Positions 11,284 to 21,435 are shown, numbered from the stretch's first letter. The stretch: DNA of 64,000 bases from Myxococcales bacterium (GCA_047601445.1 JASGJH010000001.1:2528001-2592000), one strand, 5' to 3'. Notes: generated by a model not told the origin, from the sequence alone. Program-made: numbers and translations.

Positions 11284-12864
11284 TCACAGCACGACGGTGA
11301 ACTGGGTGCCTCGCTCGCCAAAGCTGGCGGCCACCCTCCCCCCGCGCGCGTCCGCAATGGCGCGCACGATGGCGAGCCCAAGCCCGCTGCCACCGCGATC
11401 GCGCTCGGTGGTGAAGAAGCGCTCGAACAGGCGCCTGCGATTGGCCTCGCTCACCCCCTGTCCCCGATCGCGTACGTCGATGCGTAGACGTCCCTGCTCG
11501 GCGCCGAGCACCACCTGGACCTCGGCCTGCCCTCCGTGGCGCAAGGCGTTGTCGACCAGGTTGCCCAGGACGCTCGCGAGCTGCTCGGGATCGATGGCGA
11601 TGTTCACAGGCGGGGCTTCGAGCGAGAGCCGCACGCGCGCGCCGTGACGCGAGAGCTGGCGTTCGACCCAGGGCACGAGCTCCAGCTCTTGAGCCTGCTT
11701 CTGCTTCTCGTTCTCCAACCGGGCGAGGGCGAGCAGGCGCGTCACCAGGCGCTCCATGCGCTGGGCATCTTCGAGGATGTTGTCGATGAAGCGTCGGCGG
11801 TCCGGCTCGGGCATGTCGTCGAGCCCTTGCTGCAGGAGCTCTGCTGCCCCTCGAATCGCAGTGATCGGCGTCTTGAGTTCGTGGCTAACCTGACTCGCGA
11901 AGTCCTGTACGTAGCTCGCGCGCTGCTCCAGTTCGCTCGCCATCTGCAGCATCACCTCCTGCAGCACGGCGATCTCGCGCGGCAAAGGCCCCTGCACCTC
12001 GAGCACCTTGGCGCTCTCGCCGCGAGCCACGGAGCGGGCGGCGCGCGTGAGCCGCACGAGTGGCCGCGCGATGGCCGCCGAGAACGCGAGGCTGACCCCG
12101 ATCACGAACATCGAAGACAGGATGCCGAGCCAGACCAGTCCACGCCGGTTCGCCCACAACGACGAGAGCGCATCGAGCCCGGTGCGGGAGGCCCGCACCA
12201 CGCCGATCACGTGGCCATCGGACCAGATGGGCAGCGCGGTGAACACGCGCACCTTGCCGCGACGACGGATGTCGCCGAAGCGCGGGGGCGGCTCGTCCGA
12301 AATGCGCTCGCGTAGCACCGCGTTGTAGCGGCCGGCCAGGGCCGCCCGGATCTCGGGCAAAGCCTGCATACACTGGCCCGCTTCACTGCGAGTGGTGGCC
12401 ACCACGCAGCCGCGCGCGTCGAGCACGCGCACCGCACTCAGGTTGAAGCTCTGGGCGCGCAATAGCAGGGCCGCGATATCGTGTCCTGCGCGCTCGGCGG
12501 GAGTGCCGGTCTGGACGTATCTGGGGAAGGCCAAGGGTTGCGGCGCGAGCACCGGTTGAGCGAAGTCGATTTGGGCCTCGACGGGCGCAAAGCTTCCAGA
12601 CGTGGGCTCGGAGAAGCCCGGGCGCGCGGCAGAACGGGGCGGCATGTGCACGTCGCGATCGCGCCCCTGGGCCCTCAGCCAGGCCTCGCGATAGACCTCA
12701 CCCACCACCACGGACTCGGCGATCAACTGATGCTCGGTCTGACGAAGCAAGTACACGTCGTAGACTCGCAGCAACGAGAAGGCCAGGAGCGGCAGAAGCC
12801 ACACGAAAGCGTGCGCGCCGAGCAGCAGGCTGCGGATGCTGGGGCCGCGCCGGGAGGCCTTCAT
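11284..12864 (-). CDS. creC: Sensor histidine kinase, CreC-like
   Basis: Two TM segments, HAMP, HisKA SHELKTP, NLVDNA and GGSGLGL; next to creB-like and creD-like genes. Confidence 0.85.
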   Translation of the reverse strand: MKASRRGPSIRSLLLGAHAFVWLLPLLAFSLLRVYDVYLLRQTEHQLIAESVVVGEVYREAWLRAQGRDRDVHMPPRSAARPGFSEPTSGSFAPVEAQIDFAQPVLAPQPLAFPRYVQTGTPAERAGHDIAALLLRAQSFNLSAVRVLDARGCVVATTRSEAGQCMQALPEIRAALAGRYNAVLRERISDEPPPRFGDIRRRGKVRVFTALPIWSDGHVIGVVRASRTGLDALSSLWANRRGLVWLGILSSMFVIGVSLAFSAAIARPLVRLTRAARSVARGESAKVLEVQGPLPREIAVLQEVMLQMASELEQRASYVQDFASQVSHELKTPITAIRGAAELLQQGLDDMPEPDRRRFIDNILEDAQRMERLVTRLLALARLENEKQKQAQELELVPWVERQLSRHGARVRLSLEAPPVNIAIDPEQLASVLGNLVDNALRHGGQAEVQVVLGAEQGRLRIDVRDRGQGVSEANRRRLFERFFTTERDRGGSGLGLAIVRAIADARGGRVAASFGERGTQFTVVL

Positions 12865-13541
12865 GGGGACTTTTCGCGCAAGCGGTAGCCGACCCCGTAG
12901 ACGGTCTCGATGGGATCCGCACCGCGATCGGCGAGCTTTTTGCGAACGCGTCGGATGTGGCTGTCGACCGTGCGCTCGGTGATGTAGTGGCCGTGACCGT
13001 AGGCCTGACTCACCAGCTGAGCGCGCTCGAACACCCGCCCGGGCGCCGACAACAACGCTTGCAACAAGGCGAACTCGACCACGGTCAAGGTGATCTCCTG
13101 CCCGGCCCAGGTGCAGCGGTGACGTGACTCGTCCATGGTGAGCTCGCCGTGGCTACGCGCGCTGCTCGCGGACTCGCTGGGCTGCGCCCGCCGCAACACG
13201 GCGGCCACGCGGGCCACGAGCTCGCGCGGACTGAACGGCTTGGTAATGTAGTCGTCGGCGCCCAGCTCGAGCCCGATCACGCGGTCGAGCTCGTCGTCTC
13301 GGCTCGACAGGAAGATGATGGGCAGCTTGCTGTGCTCACGGATGCGCTTGCACACGGCGAGTCCATCGTCTTCTGGCAAGAGGATGTCGAGCACCAGGAG
13401 CTCGGGCGCCGCGCGCTCCACCTCGCGCAGCGCCTCGGCGCCGTCCTTGGCCTCGCGCACCACGTGGCCGGCGCGCTCGAGGGCGTAGCGCACCACCTGC
13501 CGAATGTGCCCGTCGTCGTCGACCACCAGGATCTGAGCCAT
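12861..13541 (-). CDS. creB: OmpR-family response regulator, CreB-like
   Basis: ILVVDDD, LDILLP, GADDYITKPFSPREL, RTVDSHIRRVR and TVYGVGY motifs. Confidence 0.85.
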   Translation of the reverse strand: MAQILVVDDDGHIRQVVRYALERAGHVVREAKDGAEALREVERAAPELLVLDILLPEDDGLAVCKRIREHSKLPIIFLSSRDDELDRVIGLELGADDYITKPFSPRELVARVAAVLRRAQPSESASSARSHGELTMDESRHRCTWAGQEITLTVVEFALLQALLSAPGRVFERAQLVSQAYGHGHYITERTVDSHIRRVRKKLADRGADPIETVYGVGYRLREKSP

Positions 13542-13596
13542 GCGTCACCGAGCAGCCTAACACAGGGCAAACGCACGGGAGATGGCGGGCTCGTGC

Positions 13597-13754
13597 CAGG
13601 GGGTGTCCCTAGTTCCTATGCGCGTCAGCACGCGAATTTTCGTCGCAGCGCGAGCGCGCCCGCAGGCTCGACCTGAAGGTCGGGCCGAGGACGAAAGCCG
13701 CGCTGCGGGGGAAAGGCGCGTGCTGACGCGCACAGGAACTAGGGACACCCCCTG
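13597..13754. mobile_element. MITE-like element with 38-bp terminal inverted repeats
   Basis: 13597-13634 (CAGGGGGTGTCCCTAGTTCCTATGCGCGTCAGCACGCG) and the reverse complement of 13717-13754 match at 37/38; 82-bp core with internal hairpins; no clear target-site duplication. Confidence 0.65.
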
Positions 13755-13759
13755 TGGCT

Positions 13760-13775
13760 TGCACCGGTTTTGCAC
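13760..13775 (+). promoter_or_regulatory. cre-tag-like direct repeat TGCAC-N6-TGCAC upstream of creD
   Basis: Same architecture as the E. coli CreB site TTCAC-N6-TTCAC; about 80 bp before the creD ATG. Confidence 0.6.
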
Positions 13776-13853
13776 GAGTTCTTCGGCGCGCCGCCACGGG
13801 CCCGGCGGCGCCCCTGCACGGCGATTTCCTAGCTTCTGGGCAGGAGGACCTTC

Positions 13854-15128
13854 ATGAAGAGCCATTTGCGACTGTTTGGGATCGGAGTCGTCTTCACCAT
13901 CGCGACCATCGCATGGTTGGTGCTCGGCGGCGTAACCCAGCTCCGCAAGGGCACGCAGACGGAGAAAATGCGAGGCAGCGTGCAATCCCTGTGGGGAAAC
14001 ATGCAGACTCAGGCCGCGCCCACCCTCACCTTCTACTACCCGGTGCAAGAGCAGGTCACGCGCACCGAGACCAAGCATGGCGTGGACGTCCAGGTCACCG
14101 AGCTGGTGACGACTACCCGCGAACGCAAGGTGCCGCTCGCAGCCAGCACCATCGACGTCGGCCTGCACTCCGACCTGCGCCGCAAGGGCCTGACCTGGCA
14201 CTCGCTCTATGACGTGGTGTTCGCGGCGGACTACCAATACGTGCACACCGGCGACGAGACCGGCGAGCTGGAGATCGAGCTCAGCTTCCCGGATGCGACG
14301 GCCCTCTACGACAACTTCCGCTTCACCGTGGACGGTGTGGACCGCTCGGCTGGGCTCGATCCCAGCGGTGGCAAGCTGCGCGCGAGGGTGCCGGTGAGCC
14401 CGGGGCAACGCCTTACCATCCACGCTGGCTACAAGAGCCGTGGACTCGACCAGTGGCAGTATCGGCCGAGCGAAGGCGTGGGCAGGCTCGAGAAGTTTCA
14501 GCTCACCATGCACACCGATTTCAGCGAGATCGACTTCCCGATGGGCACCATGTCTCCCTCGGAAAAGGTCCGCGATGGACAAGGCTACCGCCTGACCTGG
14601 AAGTTCGCGCAAATCGTCACGGGCAACGCCATCGGCATGACCACGCCGCAGCGCATCCAGCCGGGCGACCTGGCCTCCGAGCTCTCGCTCTCGGCCCCCA
14701 TCTCGCTGTTCTTCTACTTCTTCGTGATCTTCGTGCTGGCCACGCTGCGCAAGATCGATCTGCATCCCATCAACTACCTGTTGATCGCGGGTGCCTTCTT
14801 CGCCTTTCACTTGCTGTTCGCCTACTCGGTGGACCACCTGCCGGTCGAAGTCGCCTTCGCGCTCTCGAGCGCGGTGAGCGTGCTCCTCGTGGTGAGCTAC
14901 CTGCGGCTGGCCGTGTCGTCGCGCTTCGCCTTCGTGGAGGCGGGCATCGCGCAGCTGGTGTACCTGGTGGGCTTCTCGCTGGCGCACTTCTGGGACGGCT
15001 TCACGGGGCTGACCACCACGGTGCTCGCCATCGCCACCCTGTTCCTGATCATGCAGCTCACGGGACGCATCAAGTGGTCCGAGGCCCTGGCCAACAAGCC
15101 CGAGGGGGCACAGCAGGTCCTCGCCTGA
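13854..15128 (+). CDS. creD: Inner membrane CreD-family protein
   Basis: N-terminal TM, periplasmic domain, C-terminal multi-TM block with LHPINYLL; AGGAGG RBS; divergent from creBC. Confidence 0.85.
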   Translation: MKSHLRLFGIGVVFTIATIAWLVLGGVTQLRKGTQTEKMRGSVQSLWGNMQTQAAPTLTFYYPVQEQVTRTETKHGVDVQVTELVTTTRERKVPLAASTIDVGLHSDLRRKGLTWHSLYDVVFAADYQYVHTGDETGELEIELSFPDATALYDNFRFTVDGVDRSAGLDPSGGKLRARVPVSPGQRLTIHAGYKSRGLDQWQYRPSEGVGRLEKFQLTMHTDFSEIDFPMGTMSPSEKVRDGQGYRLTWKFAQIVTGNAIGMTTPQRIQPGDLASELSLSAPISLFFYFFVIFVLATLRKIDLHPINYLLIAGAFFAFHLLFAYSVDHLPVEVAFALSSAVSVLLVVSYLRLAVSSRFAFVEAGIAQLVYLVGFSLAHFWDGFTGLTTTVLAIATLFLIMQLTGRIKWSEALANKPEGAQQVLA

Positions 15129-15156
15129 GCTCTCGAGCCTAGGCGGGGCGAACGCC

Positions 15157-16704
15157 TTATTTGAAGACCTCGGCGACCGGCACGACCTTCACCTGAGGGG
15201 CCAAGAGGTTCAAGGGGTAGACCACGACTTGCTTGTCTTCCTCGAGGATCTCGGCGGGCTTCTCCGAGGCGTACACGATGGGCGACGGCGCGCCCGCCAC
15301 GAGTTGCGCCGAGAACTTCTCGGCGTCCGGTGCCACCAGGGCGATCTGAAGCTTCTCCGGGTCGAGATGGCGCTTGAGCGCGGCGTTCACCTGGTCCCGC
15401 GTGAGTGCGCGGACCTGGGCGCGCAACACATCGAGATAGGGCCCCTGATTGCCGTAGAAAGCATCATCGAGGGCGTTGCCGAGGCGCTGCTGCTCGGTCT
15501 GAGCGAACAGGGCGTAGTAGCGGTCGACGAAGCGCTGGATGCGATCGAAGTCCGACTGGGCGATGCCCTCGCGCACGCAGCGTTCGAGCTCGCGAACGGC
15601 CATGCGCAGGGCGAAGTGGGCCTGCTCCGGCTGCACCGGACGAATCCAGATCGAGAAGTATTGCTGCCTGCGTCCGACGTTGGGCAGTGGGAAACGCGTG
15701 AAGCCGTCCTGCACGAAGTGCTCGGCGTATGCGTAGTCGCCGTAGTTGAGGCCGCGGTCGGCGCGCATCTTCTGCATCAAGCGACCCGCGAAGGTCCGGT
15801 GCTGGCCCAGGTAGGCCGCGGCCAAGGTGAGGGCGGCGTAGTCGGGGTGCTTGCGCGTGACGTCGATGGGCATGCCGAGCGACATGGCGATCGATGCGGC
15901 TTCCGGCTTGTGGATGATCCACACGCGCCGAGCCGTCTGCGGGAGCGGCGCGGGGAGCGCGGTCGTCGCACTGCAGGCAGCCGTGATCAAGGTCCCCATG
16001 TCCTGGGCGAAGCGCGCCTGGAACCCGGCGTCCGCAGAGCCCGCCACGGCCACGCGCATGCGCTTGGAGCACAGGATGCGCTGCTGGTGGGTGGGCAAGT
16101 CGAGCACGGTCAGGTGAGTGAGCCCGGTCTCGGTGCCGATCTCCGGATGGCCGAAAGGATGGCCCTCGAAGAGCATGCTCTGCAGAACCTCCTTGCCCAG
16201 GCTCTCGTCGTCGGCTCCGCGCAGGTCCTGGGTGAGGCTCGACACGGTACGTGCGCGCACACGCTCGAAGTCGGCCTCCGAGAAGTCGGGATGCAACAGC
16301 ACGTCGCGGAACAATGGATAGAAGGATTCCAGGTGATCCTTGTGGACGCGCGCGGTGAACACGGTCTGCTGACGTTCCACGTGTCCACTGATCTCGGCCG
16401 CCATCGGAAACAGCCGCCGCGTGCGCTCGGCATAGCTGACGCCACCGGCGCCACCCTCCAACATGCTGGCCACCGTGACGTAGGTGAGGCCCTCTTGCCC
16501 CTTGGGATCGTCGGCAGAGCCGGCCTCGAACATCACGCGCAACTCCACGACGGGTGCGGGGCTCTCGCGCAGTATGACGCGATCGGCAGCGAGCGGAGGC
16601 GGCCCCTTGGGAGGCGGGGCGGGCGGCTTGGGCGCGGGGCCACAGCCGCACCACAGCGCGACGCACAGAACGCTCAACCCGAGCTTGCCTGCGAAATGCC
16701 TCAT
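15157..16704 (-). CDS. M16B peptidase, non-catalytic subunit (lipoprotein)
   Basis: AGSADDP, HPFGHP and RADRGLNYG present; no HXXEH motif; lipobox-like WCGC. Confidence 0.85.
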   Translation of the reverse strand: MRHFAGKLGLSVLCVALWCGCGPAPKPPAPPPKGPPPLAADRVILRESPAPVVELRVMFEAGSADDPKGQEGLTYVTVASMLEGGAGGVSYAERTRRLFPMAAEISGHVERQQTVFTARVHKDHLESFYPLFRDVLLHPDFSEADFERVRARTVSSLTQDLRGADDESLGKEVLQSMLFEGHPFGHPEIGTETGLTHLTVLDLPTHQQRILCSKRMRVAVAGSADAGFQARFAQDMGTLITAACSATTALPAPLPQTARRVWIIHKPEAASIAMSLGMPIDVTRKHPDYAALTLAAAYLGQHRTFAGRLMQKMRADRGLNYGDYAYAEHFVQDGFTRFPLPNVGRRQQYFSIWIRPVQPEQAHFALRMAVRELERCVREGIAQSDFDRIQRFVDRYYALFAQTEQQRLGNALDDAFYGNQGPYLDVLRAQVRALTRDQVNAALKRHLDPEKLQIALVAPDAEKFSAQLVAGAPSPIVYASEKPAEILEEDKQVVVYPLNLLAPQVKVVPVAEVFK

Positions 16705-18086
16705 GGGGCACCTCCCGTCTTTTGCTTGGGTGAGAGGGTCACCGTGAAGCGCCGGGTGGGCAGGAGATAGCGCTGCGCGACGCGGGCGACGTCCGCCGGC
16801 GTGACCTTGGCCAGCGCCGCGAGATAGCGGGCGAGGCCGTCTTCCTTGCCAGTGACCGCCAGGAACTGAGCGAACGTGTCCGCTGCGTCGCTGGCCGTCT
16901 CGACCTGCATGGTCAGGCCATAGGTCAGGTGCGAGCGCACGCCTTCGATGCGCGCCGGATCGGTGTGTCCCTTGGCCACGTCTTCCACGGCCTCCTGCAC
17001 GCGCTGCTCGATCTGATCGAAGCTGGTCTCGGGCTTGAGCTCGGCGTTGATCACGAACAGCCCCGGATCGCGGCTGTAGTTCGCCGCCCAGCTGCCGAAG
17101 CCGAGCACCTGCTGCTTGTCCACCACCAACTCCTGGTACAGCGGGGCCGAGGCATCGAACAACAGCGCATGCACCACCTCGAGGGCCGCCGTGTCGCGCA
17201 GCCGCGCCGCGCGCTCGGCTTCGCTGCCCTCGCCTTCGAAGGCAGCGGTGCGATAGCCGATCAACATCTGGGGCGACGACGTGCCCTCCCAGTCCAGGTG
17301 CTTGCGCGCCCCCTCGGTCGGCTCGGGCTCGACCGGGATGGCCGGCTTGTCGCGGGTGCCTTGCCAGCTGCCGTAGCGCTCACCGACCAACTTCACCAAG
17401 CTCGCGTGCGACACGTCGCCGGCCGCGATGATGGTGGTGTTATCGGGCGTGTAGAAGCGCTGAAAGAAGGCCTTGGAGTAGCCGAACTTGTCGGGCATGG
17501 CCTGGATGTCCGCCAGGTAGCCGATGGTGGTGTGCCCGTAGGTGTGGCTACGGAACGCGAGCTCGCTGAGCGTCTCCCACATCTTGATGAACGGGTTCGA
17601 AGCGCTCTTGTTGTACTCACCGAGGACGGCGCCCGTCTCCGTGCGGAACTGGGTCTCGTCGTAGGCGAGGCGCTGGAAGCGATCGGCCTCGAGGTCCACG
17701 ATCTCCTGCAGCGCGCTGGCGGGGCCAGTGATGGTGTAGAGCGTGAAGTCCTGGGTGGTGTAGGCGTTGTTGTCCGCGCCGAGGCTCTGGATGCGTTCCT
17801 CGTAGATCTTCTGGGGAAAGCGCTCGGTGCCACGGAACATCATGTGCTCGAACAAATGCGCGAAGCCGCTGTGGCCCTTCTCCACCTCGTCCCGTGCGCC
17901 GACGCGCACCAGCGTGAAGTACGCGAGGATGCCCGGACTCTGCCAGGGCACCGTGATCACCTTCAACCCGTTGGGCAAGCTGGTGACCTCGGCGGGCTTG
18001 GCGAAGGGCCCCACGCTCTGGGCTTGGGTGAGAGAAGCGCTGCCGGCGAGGGTTCCCGCGGCCAAGAGGACGGACCATAGGCGCAT
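16701..18086 (-). CDS. M16B zinc peptidase, catalytic subunit
   Basis: GFAHLFEHMMFRG (HXXEH), NAYTTQDFT, FYTPDN; signal peptide. Confidence 0.92.
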   Translation of the reverse strand: MRLWSVLLAAGTLAGSASLTQAQSVGPFAKPAEVTSLPNGLKVITVPWQSPGILAYFTLVRVGARDEVEKGHSGFAHLFEHMMFRGTERFPQKIYEERIQSLGADNNAYTTQDFTLYTITGPASALQEIVDLEADRFQRLAYDETQFRTETGAVLGEYNKSASNPFIKMWETLSELAFRSHTYGHTTIGYLADIQAMPDKFGYSKAFFQRFYTPDNTTIIAAGDVSHASLVKLVGERYGSWQGTRDKPAIPVEPEPTEGARKHLDWEGTSSPQMLIGYRTAAFEGEGSEAERAARLRDTAALEVVHALLFDASAPLYQELVVDKQQVLGFGSWAANYSRDPGLFVINAELKPETSFDQIEQRVQEAVEDVAKGHTDPARIEGVRSHLTYGLTMQVETASDAADTFAQFLAVTGKEDGLARYLAALAKVTPADVARVAQRYLLPTRRFTVTLSPKQKTGGAP

Positions 18087-18093
18087 GTCGTGC

Positions 18094-19752
18094 TCAGGCT
18101 TTCTGAAGGATCGACTTCTCGTAGTCTTCGGGAGCTGAGAGGCCGAGCAAGTACAGCACCGATGAGGCCACGTTGGCCAGACCCGGCTTGGCGACGCTCG
18201 GATCGATGCGCAGCTTGGCGCTCGGCGCGTACACCAGGAAGGGCACCTTGTTGAGCGTGTGGCTGGTCTTCACCACAGGCTTCCCGGCGGCGTCCAGCAA
18301 GACCCCGCCCTTCTTGTCGAGCTCGAACATCTGGTCGGCGTTGCCGTGGTCGGCGGTGACAATCAAGGCGCCCTGCAGCTTCTCGATCAACGGCAGGAGA
18401 CGCCCGATGGAAAGGTCCACGGCCTCCACGGCCTGGACGGCCGAGTCGCGGAAGCCGGTGTGTCCGACCATGTCCCCATTGGCGTAGTTCACGCGCAAAT
18501 GCCGGAATTTCTGGCTCTCCATGGCCCCCACGAGGGCATCGGTGATCTCGGCCGCCTTCATCCAGGGCCGCTCCTGGAAAGGACGCGTGTCGCTCGGGAT
18601 CTCCAGGTACTCCTCGTAGCGGTCGTCGAACTTGCCGCTGCGATTGCCGTTCCAGAAGTAGGTGACGTGACCGAACTTCTGGGTCTCACTGCTGGCGTAC
18701 TGGGTGATGCGGTTGTTGGCGAGGAACTCCCCCAGGGTGCGCTCGATGGCTGGCGGCGGGACCAGGAAGTGCTGCGGTAGCTTGAGGTCGCCGTCGTACT
18801 GCATCATGCCCGCATAGAGGACGTCGGGCAGGCCCCGGCGATCGAACTTCTCGAACTGTTTGGACTCGAGCGCCTGACTGATCTCGATGGCGCGGTCCCC
18901 GCGGAAGTTGAACAGCACCACGCTGGAGCCGTCCTCGACGCGGCCCACGGGCTTGCCATCGTCACCCGCGATCACGAAGGGAGGCAGGTTCTGGTCGCCG
19001 ATCCCGGGCTGCTCGTCGCGCGCCGTGAGGATGGCCTCGCGGGCGTTCTTGAAGCGCCGGCCGATGCCGTGCACGTGGGTCATGTAGCCGCGCTCGACCA
19101 TGGGCAAGTCAGCCTCGTAGCGATCCATCGTGATCACCATGCGCCCGCCGCCGGAGGCCACCCGGTAATCCCGTTTCTCCTTGCGGTTGATGCCGGCCAG
19201 GAGCTCCTCGAGCGCGTCCACGTAGGTCAGCGCCGAGGTCTCCCCGACGTCGCGGCCGTCGAGCAGGATGTGCACCCGTACCTTCTCGACCTGCTCCTGG
19301 TCGCAGCGCTTGAGCATGGCGAGCAGGTGGTTGATGTGACTGTGGACGTTGCCGTCGGACAGAAGTCCGAGGAAATGCATGGCCTTGCCGCTGGCCCGCA
19401 CGCGGCTGGTCAGGGCCTTCCACTCGTCGCGCGCGAAGATGCTGCCGTCGTCGATGGCCTGTTGAACCAGCTTGGCCCCCTGGTCGAACACGCGACCCGC
19501 TCCGAGCGCGTTGTGACCGACCTCGCTATTACCCATGTCGGCGTCCGAGGGCATGCCCACCGCCACGCCGTGGGCCGCGAGGGCCGTCTGGGGACATGAC
19601 TGGTGGAGCAGGTCCAGGATGGGCGTCCGAGCCAGCCAAACGGCGTCGGACTCATCGCGCTGGCCGTAGCCGACGCCGTCCATCACGACGAGCACGACGG
19701 GGCCCTTTACACCCCCGAAATCTGGGACCGATGCGAGCTGCCAGGAGGTCAT
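18094..19752 (-). CDS. gpmI: 2,3-bisphosphoglycerate-independent phosphoglycerate mutase
   Basis: MGNSEVGH, SDGNVHSH, DGRD, NFRGDRA, NGDMVGHTG and TADHGN motifs. Confidence 0.97.
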   Translation of the reverse strand: MTSWQLASVPDFGGVKGPVVLVVMDGVGYGQRDESDAVWLARTPILDLLHQSCPQTALAAHGVAVGMPSDADMGNSEVGHNALGAGRVFDQGAKLVQQAIDDGSIFARDEWKALTSRVRASGKAMHFLGLLSDGNVHSHINHLLAMLKRCDQEQVEKVRVHILLDGRDVGETSALTYVDALEELLAGINRKEKRDYRVASGGGRMVITMDRYEADLPMVERGYMTHVHGIGRRFKNAREAILTARDEQPGIGDQNLPPFVIAGDDGKPVGRVEDGSSVVLFNFRGDRAIEISQALESKQFEKFDRRGLPDVLYAGMMQYDGDLKLPQHFLVPPPAIERTLGEFLANNRITQYASSETQKFGHVTYFWNGNRSGKFDDRYEEYLEIPSDTRPFQERPWMKAAEITDALVGAMESQKFRHLRVNYANGDMVGHTGFRDSAVQAVEAVDLSIGRLLPLIEKLQGALIVTADHGNADQMFELDKKGGVLLDAAGKPVVKTSHTLNKVPFLVYAPSAKLRIDPSVAKPGLANVASSVLYLLGLSAPEDYEKSILQKA

Positions 19753-19965
19753 AGCCCGGTGTTAGCACGCCTTGATTAGCGGGGAGGGCACGCGCCCTCC
19801 CCGCCCCGTCGCAGCAAAGCTGCGCCGGGACCCACCCCACCGCGAGGTTCGCTGCACGCACTGCGATGGGGCCCACCCCAGTGCGAGGTTCGCCTCGCTC
19901 ACGGCCGCGGAGGTCCGCGGTCGACCCCACGTGACAGACCCTGGCCCTGGTTCTACAGTCCCCAA

Positions 19966-20484
19966 ATGAGCAAGATTGCGGCGGGAAAGTTTGTATTGAT
20001 CGATTACGTGCTGCGCGACGAAGACGGTGACGTGGTGCAGCGCTCGGACGACCCGGAAGTTGGACCGCTCAGCTACATCCACGGCTACTCGCCGATCTTG
20101 CCAGGACTGCATGCGGGCCTGGAGGGCCTCGAGGCGGGCAACCAGAAGGCGATCACCGTGACGCCCGAGGACGGCTACGGCGACGCGGACGAAGAAGGCA
20201 TTTTCGAGGTGGAGCGCAGCGAGCTGCCCGACCCCGAAGGCGTAAAGTTCGGCGACGAGATCGTGGGCGAGGACGAAGAAGGCAACGAGTTCGACATGCA
20301 CGTCATCGAGGTGCACGACGACTACGTGGTGGTCGACACCAACCACCCGCTGGCGGGCCACACGTTGGTCTGGGACGTCACGGTCCGCGAAGTGCGCGAC
20401 GCCACCCAGAAGGAAATCGACGGCGCGCGCGCGGACGCTGCCGAACTAGAGATCGGCAGTTCGCACGGAGACGCTCCCCACTGA
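19966..20484 (+). CDS. slyD: FKBP-type peptidyl-prolyl isomerase, SlyD-like
   Basis: LSYIHG, PEDGYG, VDTNHPLAG and VREVRDAT motifs. Confidence 0.92.
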   Translation: MSKIAAGKFVLIDYVLRDEDGDVVQRSDDPEVGPLSYIHGYSPILPGLHAGLEGLEAGNQKAITVTPEDGYGDADEEGIFEVERSELPDPEGVKFGDEIVGEDEEGNEFDMHVIEVHDDYVVVDTNHPLAGHTLVWDVTVREVRDATQKEIDGARADAAELEIGSSHGDAPH

Positions 20485-21435
20485 GCGACTGCTGACACTT
20501 ACCGACCGCATCCAAACGAAGGGCTTCCCCAGCTGTCGCGGGTCCTCCATGTGAGCGCGCATCGCCTGGCGCAGGGCCTCGATCGCCGGATCCACGGGGT
20601 CGACCTTCTGAGTCTGCTCGAGCCAGAGCTCCACCGTATCGGCCCAGAGCGCCACGCTGGTCTTCGCGGACGCGCCGACCTGGGGGAACTTCTCGAGCAC
20701 CTGGCTGGTGAACGGGTCGGTGAGCGTTTGCCGAGACGGAAACAGCAAGTGCAGTGCGGTGTCCGGGGTAGACGCGACGATCGTAGCCAAGAAGCTCGCG
20801 AGCTGACCGGACACGACCTGCGGGGTGGCGGGCATGCCGAAGCTGCGCAGGATGCGGTGTAGCGTGGGAGCGGTGTCGGGCAGAACACGACGCACGAGGC
20901 GCGCGCTGGCGCCCGCTTGAGGCTCGAGCTGGAGGACGATGACGCTGCAGGGCGGACACAGCAAGAGTCCGCGCAAGCGCAGACCGCGGGCCCCCAGCAA
21001 ACGCTCCTCGACGAGGGCTCCGCGGCCCAGGTGAGGTCGCACGGAGTGCTCGGACCAGACCTTGCGGACCTGGTGCTGCGTGACACCCAACCGACGCGCC
21101 ACCGAACGGATGGTCCAGCGCTGCCCCTCGGGCGGCAGCTCCTCCACCGTCAGACGTACGATCTCATCCCGGCTCTGACGGGACAGGCGGCGCGGCTGCC
21201 CGGGGCGCGCACGATCGCGCAGCCCCTCCAGGCCGTGCGCCTGGAAGCGTTGTCGCCACTTGTAGACCGTGCGCACCGTGACGCCGAGTCGCTCCGCGAC
21301 GCGCACCGCCGGATGCCCCTCGGCCGACAGCAAGACCACTTGGGCACGCTCAGCCAGACGCGGGTGATTGCCGGCGCTCAGGGAGGAGAGCGAGTTGGCT
21401 TGCTCGACGCTCAAGGTCGATTTGACTGAGGTCAT
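20446..21435 (-). CDS. IS630-transposase-derived protein with intact HTH domains and degenerate DDE domain
   Basis: RAQVVLLSAEG...VAERLGVTVRTVYKWRQRF...GLEGLRDRARPGQP; WTIRSVARRLG; terminal KPFVW. The two catalytic Asp positions are substituted. Confidence 0.75.
   Translation of the reverse strand: MTSVKSTLSVEQANSLSSLSAGNHPRLAERAQVVLLSAEGHPAVRVAERLGVTVRTVYKWRQRFQAHGLEGLRDRARPGQPRRLSRQSRDEIVRLTVEELPPEGQRWTIRSVARRLGVTQHQVRKVWSEHSVRPHLGRGALVEERLLGARGLRLRGLLLCPPCSVIVLQLEPQAGASARLVRRVLPDTAPTLHRILRSFGMPATPQVVSGQLASFLATIVASTPDTALHLLFPSRQTLTDPFTSQVLEKFPQVGASAKTSVALWADTVELWLEQTQKVDPVDPAIEALRQAMRAHMEDPRQLGKPFVWMRSVSVSSRSVGSVSVRTADL

Noticed and set aside
13668..13700. Hammerhead-ribozyme-like CTGA...GAAA inside the MITE-like element
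   Set aside because: The core reads CTGAAGG rather than CTGANGA, CTGAAG sits in a competing hairpin, and stems I and III are not evident.
20446..21435. Active IS630 element
   Set aside because: Catalytic Asp residues are absent, and no terminal inverted repeats or TA duplication were identified.
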